From contig MQRK01213622.1 of the NCBI GenBank assembly GCA_001938485.1, positions 102,768 through 153,588 of the forward strand: 50,821 nucleotides of DNA, given 5' to 3'. Below, in pieces: positions 25,720 to 38,619 of the stretch. Source of the stretch: Girardia tigrina (Eukaryota). Within the stretch, counting starts at the first letter, position 1. Each line of letters starts with the position of its first letter. The notes below the pieces were generated by a model. It did not search any database and was not told the DNA's origin. It saw only the letters and a program-made list of their open reading frames with translations. A program made the position numbers and the translations under genes.

Positions 25720-27047
25720 TTAGGTCGTCCAAAAAGTTTCCGGGCAGTATAACGTAATAGTTATAAATATAGTTATAAATATATTTGTAAATATAGTTAT
25801 AATTATAGTTATAATAGTTACAAATAGTTAACGTAATTNNNNNNNNNNNNNNNNNNNNNNNNNNNNNNNNNNNNNNNNNNNNNNNNNNNNNNNNNNNNNN
25901 NNNNNNNNNNNNNNNNNTTGCAATTAGAGTATTGTTACGACATTACTGGAAAAAAGGTTTGTCAACCAGAGCAGCAGTGAAAGAAATTTGCAGTGTTGAA
26001 GGCGAAGGTTCAGTATCAAAGTCCACAGCTTCTGAATAGTTCCAACGTTTCAGTGAAGGAGATCTTAGCTTCCATGACAAACCTCGCTCCGGAAGACCCT
26101 CTACTGTGAATGAACAAGAGTTGTGTGCAGCATTACAGAAACAACCACACTCAAGCGNNNNNNNNNNNNNNNNNNNNNNNNNNNNNNNNNNNNNNNNNNN
26201 NNNNNNNNNNNNNNNNNNNNNNNNNNNNNNNNNNNNNNNNNNNNNNNNNNNNNNNNNNNNNNNNNNNNNNNNNNNNNNNNNNNNNNNNNNNNNNNNNNNN
26301 NNNNNNNNNNNNNNNNNNNNNNNNNNNNNNNNNNNNNNNNNNNNNNNNNNNNNNNNNNNNNNNNNNNNNNNNNNNNNNNNNNNNNNNNNNNNNNNNNNNN
26401 NNNNNNNNNNNNNNNNNNNNNNNNNNNNNNNNNNNNNNNNNNNNNNNNNNNNNNNNNNNNNNNNNNNNNNNNNNNNNNNNNNNNNNNNNNNNNNNNNNNN
26501 NNNNNNNNNNNNNNNNNNNNNNNNNNNNNNNNNNNNNNNNNNNNNNNNNNNNNNNNNNNNNNNNNNNNNNNNNNNNNNNNNNNNNNNNNNNNNNNNNNNN
26601 NNNNNNNNNNNNNNNNNNNNNNNNNNNNNNNNNNNNNNNNNNNNNNNNNNNNNNNNNNNNNNNNNNNNNNNNNNNNNNNNNNNNNNNNNNNNNNNNNNNN
26701 NNNNNNNNNNNNNNNNNNNNNNNNNNNNNNNNNNNNNNNNNNNNNNNNNNNNNNNNNNNNNNNNNNNNNNNNNNNNNNNNNNNNNNNNNNNNNNNNNNNN
26801 NNNNNNNNNNNNNNNNNNNNNNNNNNNNNNNNNNNNNNNNNNNNNNNNNNNNNNNNNNNNNNNNNNNNNNNNNNNNNNNNNNNNNNNNNNNNNNNNNNNN
26901 NNNNNNNNNNNNNNNNNNNNNNNNNNNNNNNNNNNTTGATGATTAATATGATGTTGTTATTATTACATTTTTATTCTTATGCCTATTAATTTTGTAAAAT
27001 AAAAATAAAAACTGCTATGGTGCCCGGAAACTTTTTGGACGACCTAA
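25720..27047 (+). mobile_element. mariner transposon (mostly N gap)
   Basis: TIRs ttaggtcgtccaaaaagtttccgggca at both ends with TA TSD; Mos1-like HTH ...FQRFSEGDLSFHDKPRSGRP. Confidence 0.9.
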
Positions 27048-27729
27048 TAAAAATAAGTAATTGTAAAAATAGATAACTAATTATTATTTTGTTTAATTCT
27101 AATATTTTTATTTTAAATTTTATTAAAAATATATTTTATTCCAAACTTATTAAGTTTGTATTTTAAATTAATAATCAAATTATTTTCAAACAAAAATTAT
27201 ATTTCAAACATTATTAATACTAGTACAGACAAAATAAAAACTTACATAAACGTATAATGTTGGTCAAAATATCATATAGTTAGAATATAAATAACAAATG
27301 CTACGACATATGTGTCGATATTGGTTTAAAATCAATTTTTTTCTGGTGTGTGTCAAATGGACTCACATTCAGCAGTAGTGTTAAAGTCTTACATTTTTAA
27401 ATTTGTAAAAAATATTTTATTTAAAAATTTTTTAAAAAATATTCAAATTCTAACTTATTAAGCTTGTATTTTAATTTAGTAATTTATTTATATCAAAATT
27501 CTTTACCATTTTTAATTAAAGTTATTTGATAATACATTTCCAATTTTTTATTATAAAAACATATATCAACTTTTCTTATACTAATCATAAAATTCTTAAA
27601 TTTTAATTTATGACATATTATAAATGTTTTTGAAATTTCTTTTATAGAATTTAAATTCAAAAATATATACGAGTTTCCAAAAATCCTCACAATTGTTATT
27701 TACATTATCCGAAAGGTTCAAAATATTCA

Positions 27730-27826
27730 AGATATCAATCTTCCATCTGGTTTGAACAAATGCAATCCTAAAAACAACATTCCAAACACAAAATACAATA
27801 AACACCATTCGAAAATATTTCTCGAA
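27730..27826 (-). repeat. Degenerate family 1 terminus (copy F)
   Basis: tatcaatcttccatctgg, then CA-rich aaacaccattc...aatatttctcg, closely resembling copy E. A second terminus-like tcctcaca lies near 27685-27691. No clear TSD. Confidence 0.6.
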
Positions 27827-27984
27827 ACTTTCAATTATTGGATTTAAACAAATTTCCAATTTTATTCATTACATTTAATTCATATAAGTAATTTTTATTC
27901 CAACAAATTAATATTTAACCATTCAATATACAAAATTAATTCATGCATTTTACAATATGAAGATAATTTTTAAAAAAATCAAAA

Positions 27985-28970
27985 AATATCAGAATTGTAT
28001 ATTTGAATATTTCAAAAATATATCTCATAAATTTCATTGATAAAAATTAAAATGAATTTTATTTATTTTTAAAAATATTAATTTGGTTTAATCGATTATC
28101 AAATATAAAATAAATTATTTAAAATTTTCGGTTCATGTATAATGGTGCAATTAAATTAAATCAAGTTATTTTATTTAATTCAATCATTTATTTTTTATAA
28201 TTATAATAAGGATAATTAGATGGATCTAAATTATAAATAATTAAAACCAAATAAATATTTTTTTAACATCTGAAAGATTTCTTTCACTCTAAACATTGTT
28301 TATTTTTTTTGAAGGAAATCTCTCAATCAGTTTTGATCTTATCTAAAATGGTGACACTTTCTTTTGAAACAAAATTTTTCAATTCCTGAAATATTAATGG
28401 AAAATAATTTATTAACATAAATAAATTTGAAATAAATTTAAAGATGTTTATTTCAAATATGAAACTTAGAAATTATTTATTAATTGTGATCACTTAATTT
28501 ACGGAAATATCGTCTTACAACCGTTTTGTGACGTAATTGTTTAAATCGTTGTTTGTTGGTTTTAGATTTTGATTTAAATATAACTTGTTCGTTGTTCATT
28601 GTGTTGTTGCTACACGTTTTATTGGACATAGGAGTGCAGTGTGTTTTAAGTTAATTTTACGACAATATATTTATCATTTTAAACATTCTGAACTAAAATT
28701 ACCAATAACGGTATTAATATGATTTTTGACATTATTATTATTATTATTACACAAAAAAAGTATTAACAAAACTATTGTAATTTTATATTGCTCAAATTTA
28801 TTATTCTTTTTAATTTCAAATTATCCGAATCAGAATTGTATATTTGAATATTTTAAAAATATACCTCATAAATTTCATTGGTAAAAATTAAAATGAATTA
28901 TTTATTTTAAAAAATATTAATTTGATTTATTCATTTATCAAATATAAAATAAATTATTTAAAATTTTATA
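27985..28970. repeat. ~145-bp direct repeat (27985-28130 and 28828-28970) related to the interior of copy C
   Basis: Near-identical atcagaattgtatatttgaatattt...aaattatttaaaatttt. Resembles about 22290-22480, and each copy is followed by an acatctg motif. Confidence 0.65.
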
Positions 28971-29399
28971 GTTATTTTTAAATTAGAATTAATTATTTCA
29001 ACTTTAACCTTAAAAGTAAATTAAATTAGTTTCTGTGATATCTTACAAGATTATTTAGTTACTCTGGATATGTAACATCTGTGGAGTAATACTCTAACTG
29101 GTCAACCCTAGATGATTGACTCAGAATAACCAACATCTAATTATATATAATCATGTTAATGTAAGTAATAATAATAATTTTTTAAAGATAATTAAATATT
29201 CTATTCAATAATGATATGTTGGTTGATTGGAATATTTAAATCAAAAAAATATTAATTCATATACTACTGCTGAAGACGTCGAAGTTGAAACTTAATAGGC
29301 ATAACTAAACACAAATTCCTGACTGTAATTTTAAATATTTCTAACATGTACCAAAAAATAAATCAAAACATTAAGGTTACATTATTCAAATTATGTACA

Positions 29400-30070
29400 C
29401 AAACACTGGTTAAGAAAGTATTATAGGAAGAAAGAAATGAAGAGTACGAAAAATAATATGAATACCGTTTTCTATATGGTTTAAAGAATTTAAGAACAGT
29501 ATTTGCAAGAATATTGGTAGTTTCAAAGTAGTTTTAATGACATACAAATTTCAAAGCTTCCTCTAAAATAAGTCTAAAACAATTTGTTAATTGCATGCCA
29601 ATTTGGTTTATATATTTAATTAACTCGTACATTGGAGTGACAAATCGTCATCTAAAAATTCGGATTAGTGAACATTTACAATCAAATCCATAGATTAAGG
29701 TTCTTGAACGTTGGATACATTGTAAAAATAGAATCACTTCTATTTCAAAGGATGAGTTTTCTGTTTTACGGAAGGGGTTTGATTCACATTATGAGCGCAG
29801 TTCTGTGAATCATAATTGACGAGACACTGCAAACAATTAATTATTATTCAAAAGAAGCAAAGTAAGTTCGTCTCTATTCTTAAAATCTGTGTTTAAAATT
29901 TTAAAAATGTTGCCAATTATATTTAATATAATCCTGAAATGTTTAATATATACTGATAACATCTCCCATCAATGAACATTTTTATTCTTATGCATTTGTA
30001 TTCTTATCCGAAAAATATATAATAATTAATTTCTTAAAATAGCTTTAACAAAATTATTTTCAAAAAGATA
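29400..30070 (+). mobile_element. Degenerate Penelope 3' fragment
   Basis: NSYIGVTNRHLKIRISEH at about 29620-29680 and downstream similarity to 19480-19860. Confidence 0.75.
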
Positions 30071-30241
30071 TGTGTTCATGCTTAATATATTTTTTTACGT
30101 CTAGTTTTGTCAACACAGTCTCTGGTCCTGGTTATCTTTTTTTGTTTGATTAGATCATATTATATATTTTTATAATTTTAATAATATATTATTATATTCA
30201 AATTTTAAAATATTTATCAATAATCGCATTTGATATTTTAG

Positions 30242-30360
30242 ATTGGATTCAGATTTGGACTCCACGGAGAGCAGTCAGAATGCCGTAATAGATGCTTGCG
30301 TTCAAACGGACGAAAGCAGTTTTATGCAAAATAATTTCAATTTCAAGTATCAAGTTTCAG
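30242..30360 (+). CDS. Internal exon of the same host gene (phase 2-1)
   Basis: Acceptor gatattttAG and donor CAG|GTTATT bound 119 nt reading LDSDLDSTESSQNAVIDACVQTDESSFMQNNFNFKYQVS(G). It is a higher-GC island in AT-rich DNA and joins both neighbouring exons in frame. Confidence 0.6.
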
Positions 30361-31406
30361 GTTATTTATCACATTTATATGTCAATTTAAAATTTACATT
30401 TCGAGAAAATTTTTAAAAATTATTATAGGCATAATTAACGCTTACTTATTTAAATTAAATTAAATATATTAATTAAAATAAAAGATTAAAAATTATGTTG
30501 TTTAAGTAAAATACACATTTTTAAAAAGTGTCTTTGCCTTCAATTTATTCAATCAATTATTTTATTCAATCCAATTGAAGATGGGATCTCCCCACAAATA
30601 TCAAAATATTAACTAATTTCAAAAATTTTATTTTGTAACAGAATTTTGTAATATTGAAAATGATGTTTGTAATAATCAAACAAGTGTAACGTTCAATTTA
30701 TCGAATTAAGATTTAAAAGTTATATAATATTATAATTCGTAGTATATATAAGAAAATCTTTTTCCTTTACTTTAGTAATATATGTATCTAAAAGTTTATG
30801 GTTTTTGCTGCTGTTTCAAATTAAAAATAATTCCGGAAATGAAAATTTCCGACTAAAATTCGCAACTTAAATGTTAATTTAATAAGGCAGTAGATAATTT
30901 CTTCTCAATACATCGGTCGTACTTAGGGTTATTGTATGTGGGTTCGAATGTTGCTACACCTATGGTGCAACCTGGCGGTTCACACTGTCTAATTTGACAT
31001 CGACATACAAATGCAGTAATAAATAGCAATTTTCAGTTCAGAGGTCCGTTTTTTGGTCGAAGAAGCCAAAATGATTAATGTGTAAAGGGAAATGACAAAA
31101 CATAAGTGTTTTGTCATGTCTGATTGCGCGGTAGAGCGTGACTGTACAAACAAAGTAGTATCTAAGCAGACATGAAAGTATGTGGCCTCAGTATATAAGC
31201 TGAGATATGAAAACGGTGATGGGGAAGTGGTGTGTGTGTGAGAGTCACATCAATGATCTGTACAACTGGCCCTAGAGAGCGACCTCCATAGATTCTATAC
31301 ATGAGATATTGGTAGAATCGTGTCAAAACGGGTGTTAAAGGTACGAGTTGTCTGGGGTGAGTTTTAGTGTAACGTGTGGGTACATAGATACTAACCGCTT
31401 GTCTAT

Positions 31407-32348
31407 TGTTGGGAGCGTTGTTGAGTTCATAAATTTTTTGAAGTTACAATCTTATCAAATTAATAATTAAACAATTACATTCCGTAAAATATTGTTATAG
31501 ATATGTTAAAATAAGATTTTCAGAAATTTAATGTAAAAAATTAATTCATGTAAGAAATAAAATAAATTTTANNNNNNNNNNNTTAAAAGATTTATTATAA
31601 AGTAAAAAAGTTAATTTCAAATTTGATGAAAATATTTAAGTGAAATAAAATCAAAAGTAATATAAAGTTTAATATTTTATTTGCGAAATGAAAGTAAACT
31701 AAAATATTTTTTGTAACTTTCTTTTATTTTACACGATTAAATGGAAGTAAATTAAAAATGTCACTATAATTTTATTTTTTGGAAATTTTAATTGGAATCA
31801 AAATATATTTGTAAAACAATTAAATCGATTTAAATGAGACTGCGGTTTTAATTTTATTTTGGAAAACGTAATTATTAATGGAAATATAATTTTATTTTTT
31901 ATGTAAAAAAGGGGTAATTTAAAAAATGTTAAATTAAACGAAATTGCGATTTTAAATTCTATTTCCAAATATTATTAAATCCAAAGTAATTTTTAAATTT
32001 ATTATGTAAACGAAATGAAAAATGCTATTGTATAGATTTGGGAAAATTAATTGAGAAACAGGTAAATTTCAAGGTACAATAAAATTGAAATTTAATAAAA
32101 GACGAAACAAAATCTTTGTGACAAAATTTTAATTCACTTTATAAATTTTTATTAAAAAAAAGTATAGAATTTTAATTCGAAAAAAATACAATAACCATAT
32201 TTATATTTATATCAAATCTTATTTATAATGGTTTGTGTAAAAAGAAAGTGCAAAAAGTTCCTCGGAAATATTTGTTTAAAAAAACTCAAATTGTGGTAGA
32301 AATAAAATTTTTTGTTCATGACAACGTCTTTTGATCAAGAACCCAATA
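31407..32348 (+). mobile_element. Solo-LTR-like element, family 2, plus orientation
   Basis: Exact TSD TCTAT (31402-31406 and 32349-32353). Ends TGTTGGG...CCCAATA. The 3' end ttgatcaagaacccaa is shared with 21798-21815 (reverse complement); AATAAA about 42 nt before the end. Confidence 0.8.
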
Positions 32349-32818
32349 TCTATCGAGGAGCATGTGTGGCGAGAATACGAAAAAGATTACCCAATACTAG
32401 TGGTTGCTGGGGATGCCGCAGTCATAGAACCCCCCTTAGAACTATGACACGGGCACTTAGGAGAAAACCGTGTGAATTTAATACAGAACCGACCGGGGAA
32501 TTTTCCGCACTGATTAAAAATGTCATAAATTTATGGTACATAACACTTATAATCTCTATTTTTTAAATTATATTTATTTTAAAAATCAAATGAACGATAA
32601 TTTTTTGCAGTACGTGGGTTTTTGTGCTTAGTTGTGTTTCCATGACTGAAATTTCAGACTACGCTGGTAAAATATCTATTTGAGCGAATTTATAAAAAAT
32701 CAAATGGCAATCTCTCAGTAATTACCCGTGCAGTACGATATAATTTGCATAATTCTAAACAGTAACTGATAGAGAAAGCATTATATTTATTGTATACAGA
32801 TGATACAATTAAATATTA

Positions 32819-34025
32819 CAGTAAAACCTGTACATCCGACCATCTGTCTTTTCAGACCTCACATTTTGGGACCAGAAGTTTCTCCTCTGATTTTTATATA
32901 CCCATTCTAACCACCTTTTTAATGTGTATTCCGACCACCCTCTTGAGGTATAACGATTAAAAATTACCTGTTTATTACGACCTTTTACTGTTGTTAGCTA
33001 ATAAAAAATATTTGGAACCTATTTCAAAAGAAAATTTTAAAATTTAATATATGTATGTATTAAATAATTATAAAAAAGATATAAGATATATTTGTTTGAA
33101 TATTTTGAATATAGAACCACACGCCATCACACAAACATGATTTACGTCTGACAAATATCAAAATAATATTCTTCCCCTAATACATCTGCTGCTTGCCAGC
33201 CACTTGATCAAGAAATTAATCAGGCCATGAAAGTGAAATACCGAAAACATTTTCTTCGTGCAATATGCTAGCGTGTTGATACGGTAACAAAAGAAGTTCA
33301 AAAACCTGTTGAACAGCTGAGGAAGTCTGTCTCAATTCTGGATGCTGGATACTGGACCGCAAAAGCAATTTCATGACATTAATTCTATTACAGTTATGCA
33401 ATGTTTTTCTCAATGTGGATTTCCTGTAGTTTCTGTACCTTTCTTAAGCTTCAGAGAGAATGATTTTTTGACAGATAGTCAGGGTCTTATTAATTTGTCT
33501 TCTAATGTTCTTCATATTCCAGAATCATAGGTTATGTCTGTTGACGAATTTATTAATTTTGACAAAGAATTGGCAACCGAAATAGAAGCTGATATTAGCA
33601 CAGATGAAGAGGAAATAGAAATTATCTGAAATCCAGTCCGATGAAGAGCCTCAGCTGATAAGTGGATGCATCAACTATGATTTATTTTCTGAGTAAGTGC
33701 CCCGCCTGATTACCTCAGTTGGAAAAAGCAGAAGGCGAAGTGCAATGTCATGCTCTGAAATTAAAAATGCATGGTAAACAATTGAAATTAGACTCTTTCG
33801 TGAAAAGAGCGTAACTTTGAAATAAATAAATTTTGTTTCTGTTTCACTTTTTATTCATTGAAAATTCGCTTTACTTTTTCATTGTTTTTAATTAAAAAAT
33901 GTGAAAACCTTTATTTTACTTGTGTCTTAATATTTCAACAATATGAGCTGTCTAATCCGACCATCTGTCTATTAAGGTTGGTTACACTGTACCCAGAGGG
34001 TGGTCTTAATATACATATTCTACCG
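32819..34025 (+). mobile_element. pogo/Tigger-like transposon, internally deleted
   Basis: TA-cagtaaaacctg TIR with a degenerate right TIR. DDE remnant PNTSAACQPLDQE..QAMKVKYRK at about 33175-33250. Confidence 0.8.
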
Positions 34026-35435
34026 TATATGATTTCAGGAAACATTTGTTTAAGATAAATTGTGGAACTAGTTTTTACTTAGCCACTGGTTTCCCTGTTA
34101 GTATCAGACGCTAATATTAAGGTTTTTAAGAAAATTATTTCATACTTCACATTATTTTTGTAAGATCATTTAAGAACATATAACGAAAGATTGCTTCATT
34201 TATAGACAAACGATTTTTTCTTCATTTAATATTAAATTATTCAATAAAAATTAATCAAAATTTATTGAAATATTTTTTAAAAGAAGAAAAATTTTTCAAA
34301 TATTTATAAATTATTCTAACAATTTATTTTCATTAATTAGATCATTATAAAATTGTTTAGTTGTTTTGTAAGTTAAGACTCATTTAAAATAAAAATAATT
34401 TTATTTTTCATTGAAATTTTCAAACTTTCATATTTAATATTTAAAACTTTATTTTTAATAAATTGTTTTAATTTATTTTTTTATGAATTTCAAAATTTAA
34501 ATGCAATTATTATTCATTGAAACATCTTGTTTCATCCTATCTGTGGCAGTTGATTTGGAGCTCGGACGCTTCGACCTGGGCCTATTTTATTTTTGATGAT
34601 AGTTTGTTCATCGATATTGTTTCTTTAGTAATAAAATATCATGTTTAAATTAAGTTCAAATTTCGTTAAAGTTCAAAAAACTTTATTTCACAAAAGCATT
34701 CAATTTGGCTAGCAATCACAATCACGAGATTCGATGTCGTTTAGTGAATAAATCACCAAATATCATTCGCAAAATTTCTCTTAAAAAATTGCTTATAATA
34801 AGAAATTTCATATTTGCCTTCACTCAAAAGATCAAGTTATAAAATGATCAATTTTTTGCCAAAGTCTCAATCTGATTGGTTAAAAAACCAGAGCAAGTCA
34901 TTTTAATAACTACATCCACTTTAACAAACACTCGCTCGACAACAATAATTTCACAATGACTCGGTCATGATCGCCAAGTCATTTGTTCATTTTAATTGAA
35001 CAAATTTCAAATTTTTTTTATGTTAAATTAATATTTATTATTGTTTAATATTTGTTTTTTATATTTTTTATTTGCATATCATATCAGGGTTTTCAGAAAG
35101 TTCTGTTCTAATTTTTTAAGGTTACCAATCGATAGTTAAATCTTTCTTAAGAAAGATAAAAATGTAAAAGAAATGTTTCAAGTTCAAACAACCAAAAATA
35201 TTAAAAAAAATGATCAAAGTTTCCACCATCAGCGTTCCACCTTCAAATGCTTTCAGAAGCTCTCAATGATGGTTTAAAGTTCTTTGGTGGTAATTTCATC
35301 CTAAACTTTCTTCAGAACCGATTTCAAGACTATTAAGAATACCGATATGGTTTTTCGAACATTTATTTTCATTACAATTTGAATTGCCTTTCAAACAACT
35401 CTCAGCCAAGCTTTCAGAATTTGACATCTTTCTAA

Positions 35436-35838
35436 ATTGATAAATTTTGTTAAAAAAACAATTATTCGAACAAATTTTCCTTTTAAATCATTTCAGATTT
35501 TATTTTTAAAAATTCTACTTTTATAAATTTGTTAATAATTTTATGTAAAAATTAATTTAAATTTAAAAATGATTTTATTTAAAGAAAAACATTTATTTAC
35601 TTAAAATTAAAAACAAGTTAAAAATTATTTACTTATTAAAAATTATTGATAAATTTTGTTAAAAAAACAATTATTCGAACAAATTTTCCTTTTAAATCAT
35701 TTCAGATTTTATTTTTAAAAATTCTACTTTTATTTGTTAATAATTTTATGTAAAAATTAATTTAAATTTAAAAATGATTTTATTTAAAGAAAAACATTTA
35801 TTTACTTAAAATTAAAAACAAGTTAAAAATTATTTACT
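35436..35838. repeat. Near-identical ~200-bp tandem duplication
   Basis: attgataaattttgttaaaaaaacaattattcgaac...aaaattatttactt occurs twice, with a 4-bp indel. Confidence 0.85.
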
Positions 35839-35949
35839 TTATTTAAACTTTTGATATTAATATTTGAAACAATTTAATATTTTAAAAGTTTTTTAATATC
35901 TTATGTTGAAATTTAAAATGCAAATTATGCTATTCATCGTGAATTTCCA

Positions 35950-36059
35950 AAATACCAATTTGCCATCTATGTGGGAGAAACACATTTCCAAATACTAAAC
36001 TCAAAATACAAAAATCAATATACCAATTTCAAAATACCAAATTTAAAATATTCCTCACA
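35950..36059 (-). mobile_element. Family 1 solo-LTR-like 5' end, copy D
   Basis: TGTGAGGAATATT...CTCCCACATAGATGG abuts transposase sequence exactly at the terminus. Left end and TSD not found. Confidence 0.7.
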
Positions 36060-36756
36060 AAGGCGTTCACCATTGTGTATCTTTTGCTCAAGATTTTCTG
36101 TTCCAAGATCGACCAGATTGATAAGTCGAGGGGGCTCAAGTTTGGTAAATTACTAGACCAAACATCCTTGTCCCAGTATCCCGGAAAGAGTTGATTACAG
36201 ATATTTATTGTTGACTGAGCTTCATGGGCCGGGGTTCAGTCTTGTTGTGGCTCAAATCCAGTCGGACCATATTGATTTGAATCTCATGGCTTTACCAGAT
36301 TTATCAGAACACATTTTGATAAATTTGAGCATTAACTTTCACATTTCGGTGAGTGAATACGAGTGCGATCTTTCGGTAGCACTTACCATTACTGACTTTA
36401 GAAAATACTTCTTGAGCTTCAATTAAGCCACTAAATTTTTCTTCAAACCGTGCTTTAGAAATTGAAGAAGATTTTTGTAGTTAGATTGAATAGTAAATAT
36501 TTTCTCATCCGTGAATAACATTCGTTTCAATCGACTACCAGCTACCAGATTCAACATTTTGCTGGAGTCAACATTAGAGTCATTTTAGAACTATACTAGA
36601 CATAGTACTAAATGAAGTACCTATCTAGAAATATTTCATATTGAAATAATAAATTACTTCTTGATATGAATTGTACTGTAGAAGTACTTAAGTTAATTTT
36701 ATTGAAATTGGAATTCAAATTCCTATTCTAAATTTTTCCTTCAATTTCCAATTTGA

Positions 36757-36922
36757 ACAACCTGGTTATACTGCCTTCCGACTATATAACCATGTTGACG
36801 CCGTTCTTATCGTGGACACCCGATCGACATAGAAACAATGTTAATAGAACTCCCCATCTCAAACCATTCTCAGGCCAAGCCTCCAAGTCGCTGGATTACA
36901 GGCGAACACCACTACACCCGGC
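36757..36922 (-). pseudogene. 3'-truncated SRP RNA (7SL) copy
   Basis: Reverse complement GCCGGGTGTAGTGGTGTTCGCCTGTAATCCAGCGACTTGGAGGCT...GGAGTTC...GATCGGGTGTCC...CAACATGGT...ACCAGGTTG is colinear with metazoan 7SL, including helix 6 with a GGAA loop. Helix 8 and the 3' strand are absent. Confidence 0.9.
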
Positions 36923-38089
36923 AATGTTGAATCTGGTAGTCTCTATTTCCCATAGTCTCTCAAGAAGTCGATTTGATAACTACTCAACCCACGCTGTTTT
37001 TGGATAGTTGTTCACTTTTTAGTCTATTTCCATGTTTCTGTCGATCATTCGTATCGAAGGCATAGGGTTTTGGCGGATCTTGCAACGAACCTTGTTGATA
37101 TTGACTGGAGTGACTGTACTTGGCGATCTGCCGCTCTAAGTGTGATCGCTCTCATTTCCTAACTACTTGTTTTGTTTTATGGCCCTGTTAATCATTCGAT
37201 CATCACAGAAAAATATTGATGCCTAGTTTTTCCTGCTTTCAACACGTCTCTTTCTCACATCCATTTTCCTAAAAATAAAGAATTTTATTTTTTAAATTTG
37301 GTGATTTTTTTGTAAATTATATTAAAACAAGTGACATAAGATAATAACAAAAAAAGTCTCTAAGAAATACACGTGCTCAATAATCTTTTAGAAGTGAGGC
37401 AGAACTTTCTGAGCACTCTGTATATCCTGTAAAAGCGAGGAAACAAACACGTACACAAGATCAATATTGCCATTCAAAATCATAAACAATGAAAATGCGA
37501 TTCCAAACTCAAATTAAGATTGTCTTTTTAGCAGAAGAATAATTCTCGATATTATTTACTAAAATAAGAATAAAATTATAAATAAAGATATATTCTGAAA
37601 CACTTATTTTATGATGTTTAAATGGGGCTGGAAAAAAATTAAATTAAAAATAAAATATTATTTCAATTAATGTCAGAGTCATATAAATATTTCCACATAT
37701 ACGTATATTAAAAAATTATAATAATTCTTTAAAGAAAAGAAATATGATTATAATGAAAAAAAAGCATTTATTTGAAGATTTCTGTTGGGAATATAATTCT
37801 ATATGATCATTAAAAATTTATGGAAAAAAATTGAACGCTGCAAATAGTATTTTCTTTAATAATTAATTAGAAATTAATTAAATTTTATTTAAAATAAAAA
37901 CTATTATGGATTATATTTTTTTGACAAAAAAACAATTATGGAAAAAAATAGTGAATAAAAATTATTTTTTTATTTTTTTCTAAATTACAATTTTCTTTTA
38001 TGGATATTTTAAAAATTTATTTAAATTTTTAAAAATAAATAATACTTTTTCTACATAAAACATGTTATTTTGATATATTTTTTCTTATT

Positions 38090-38608
38090 TTTTCCATTCT
38101 TTTTATTAACTTACTTTGTATATAGGTATATATATATAACGGATTTTGACAAATAGTATCACTAAAATTTTTTAAGTCGGTGATACTATTTGGGTCGTGA
38201 TACTATATGGGTTGGTGATACTAATTATATATGTATATATGTATATATATGTATATATACATATTATATATGTATCCATGGAATTTAGAAACCTATTTTT
38301 GAAGGTCTTCTACTCAATTGATTTTCTTCAAACTTTGCGCACTTACTCATTCTCGATTACAATAAATGATTATGTAAAAATTTGATCGAAAAAGTCTTTT
38401 TAAGATCCCAAAATGGGAAAAAACGGAAAATTCAAAATTATCGAAAAATGTTAATTGCAAGACATCTATTTATAAATTATAAGTAGTTTATATTAACTTT
38501 TAATGTTTTTGAGTTAAAATGTTTTACATTTTAAAATCTTTGTTGGCAAAGTAGAGTTCTGTCTGCAAAAAGAATGGATATAAAAAATTTTATTTTTTGA
38601 TTTACTAG
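38090..38608 (+). mobile_element. Non-autonomous Helitron-like repeat
   Basis: 5' part repeated at 44972-45170; 3' part (tctgtctgca...tttaCTAG|t) repeated at about 24890-24939; internal TA/TG microsatellite. Confidence 0.55.
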
Positions 38609-38619
38609 TTATACAATTA

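Larger units (their letters stand above)
35085..37420 (-). mobile_element. maT/DD37D-like Tc1-mariner remnant(s) with internal insertions
   Basis: Related TIRs cagggttttcagaaagttctg and cagagtgctcagaaagttctg. Remnants MLFTDEKIFTI and NLSPLDLSIWSILE. May be a chimera of two copies. Confidence 0.75.

Noticed and set aside
25750-25838. atagttataa repeats, and ttttagcag repeats near 41905-41960, as CRISPR-like or telomeric arrays
   Set aside because: They are simple short tandem repeats with no unique spacers, in a eukaryotic transposon context.
26106-26989. Three ~280-aa ORFs
   Set aside because: Artefacts of an N gap inside a mariner element.
29268-29298. CTGAAGA...GAAA hammerhead-like core
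   Set aside because: Stems II and III are too degenerate to support a call.
35962-36156. IYVGET in ORF 35971-36156 as a GIY-YIG motif
   Set aside because: It is the plus-strand reading of the conserved family 1 box. Other copies have stops there and no RxxEH follows.
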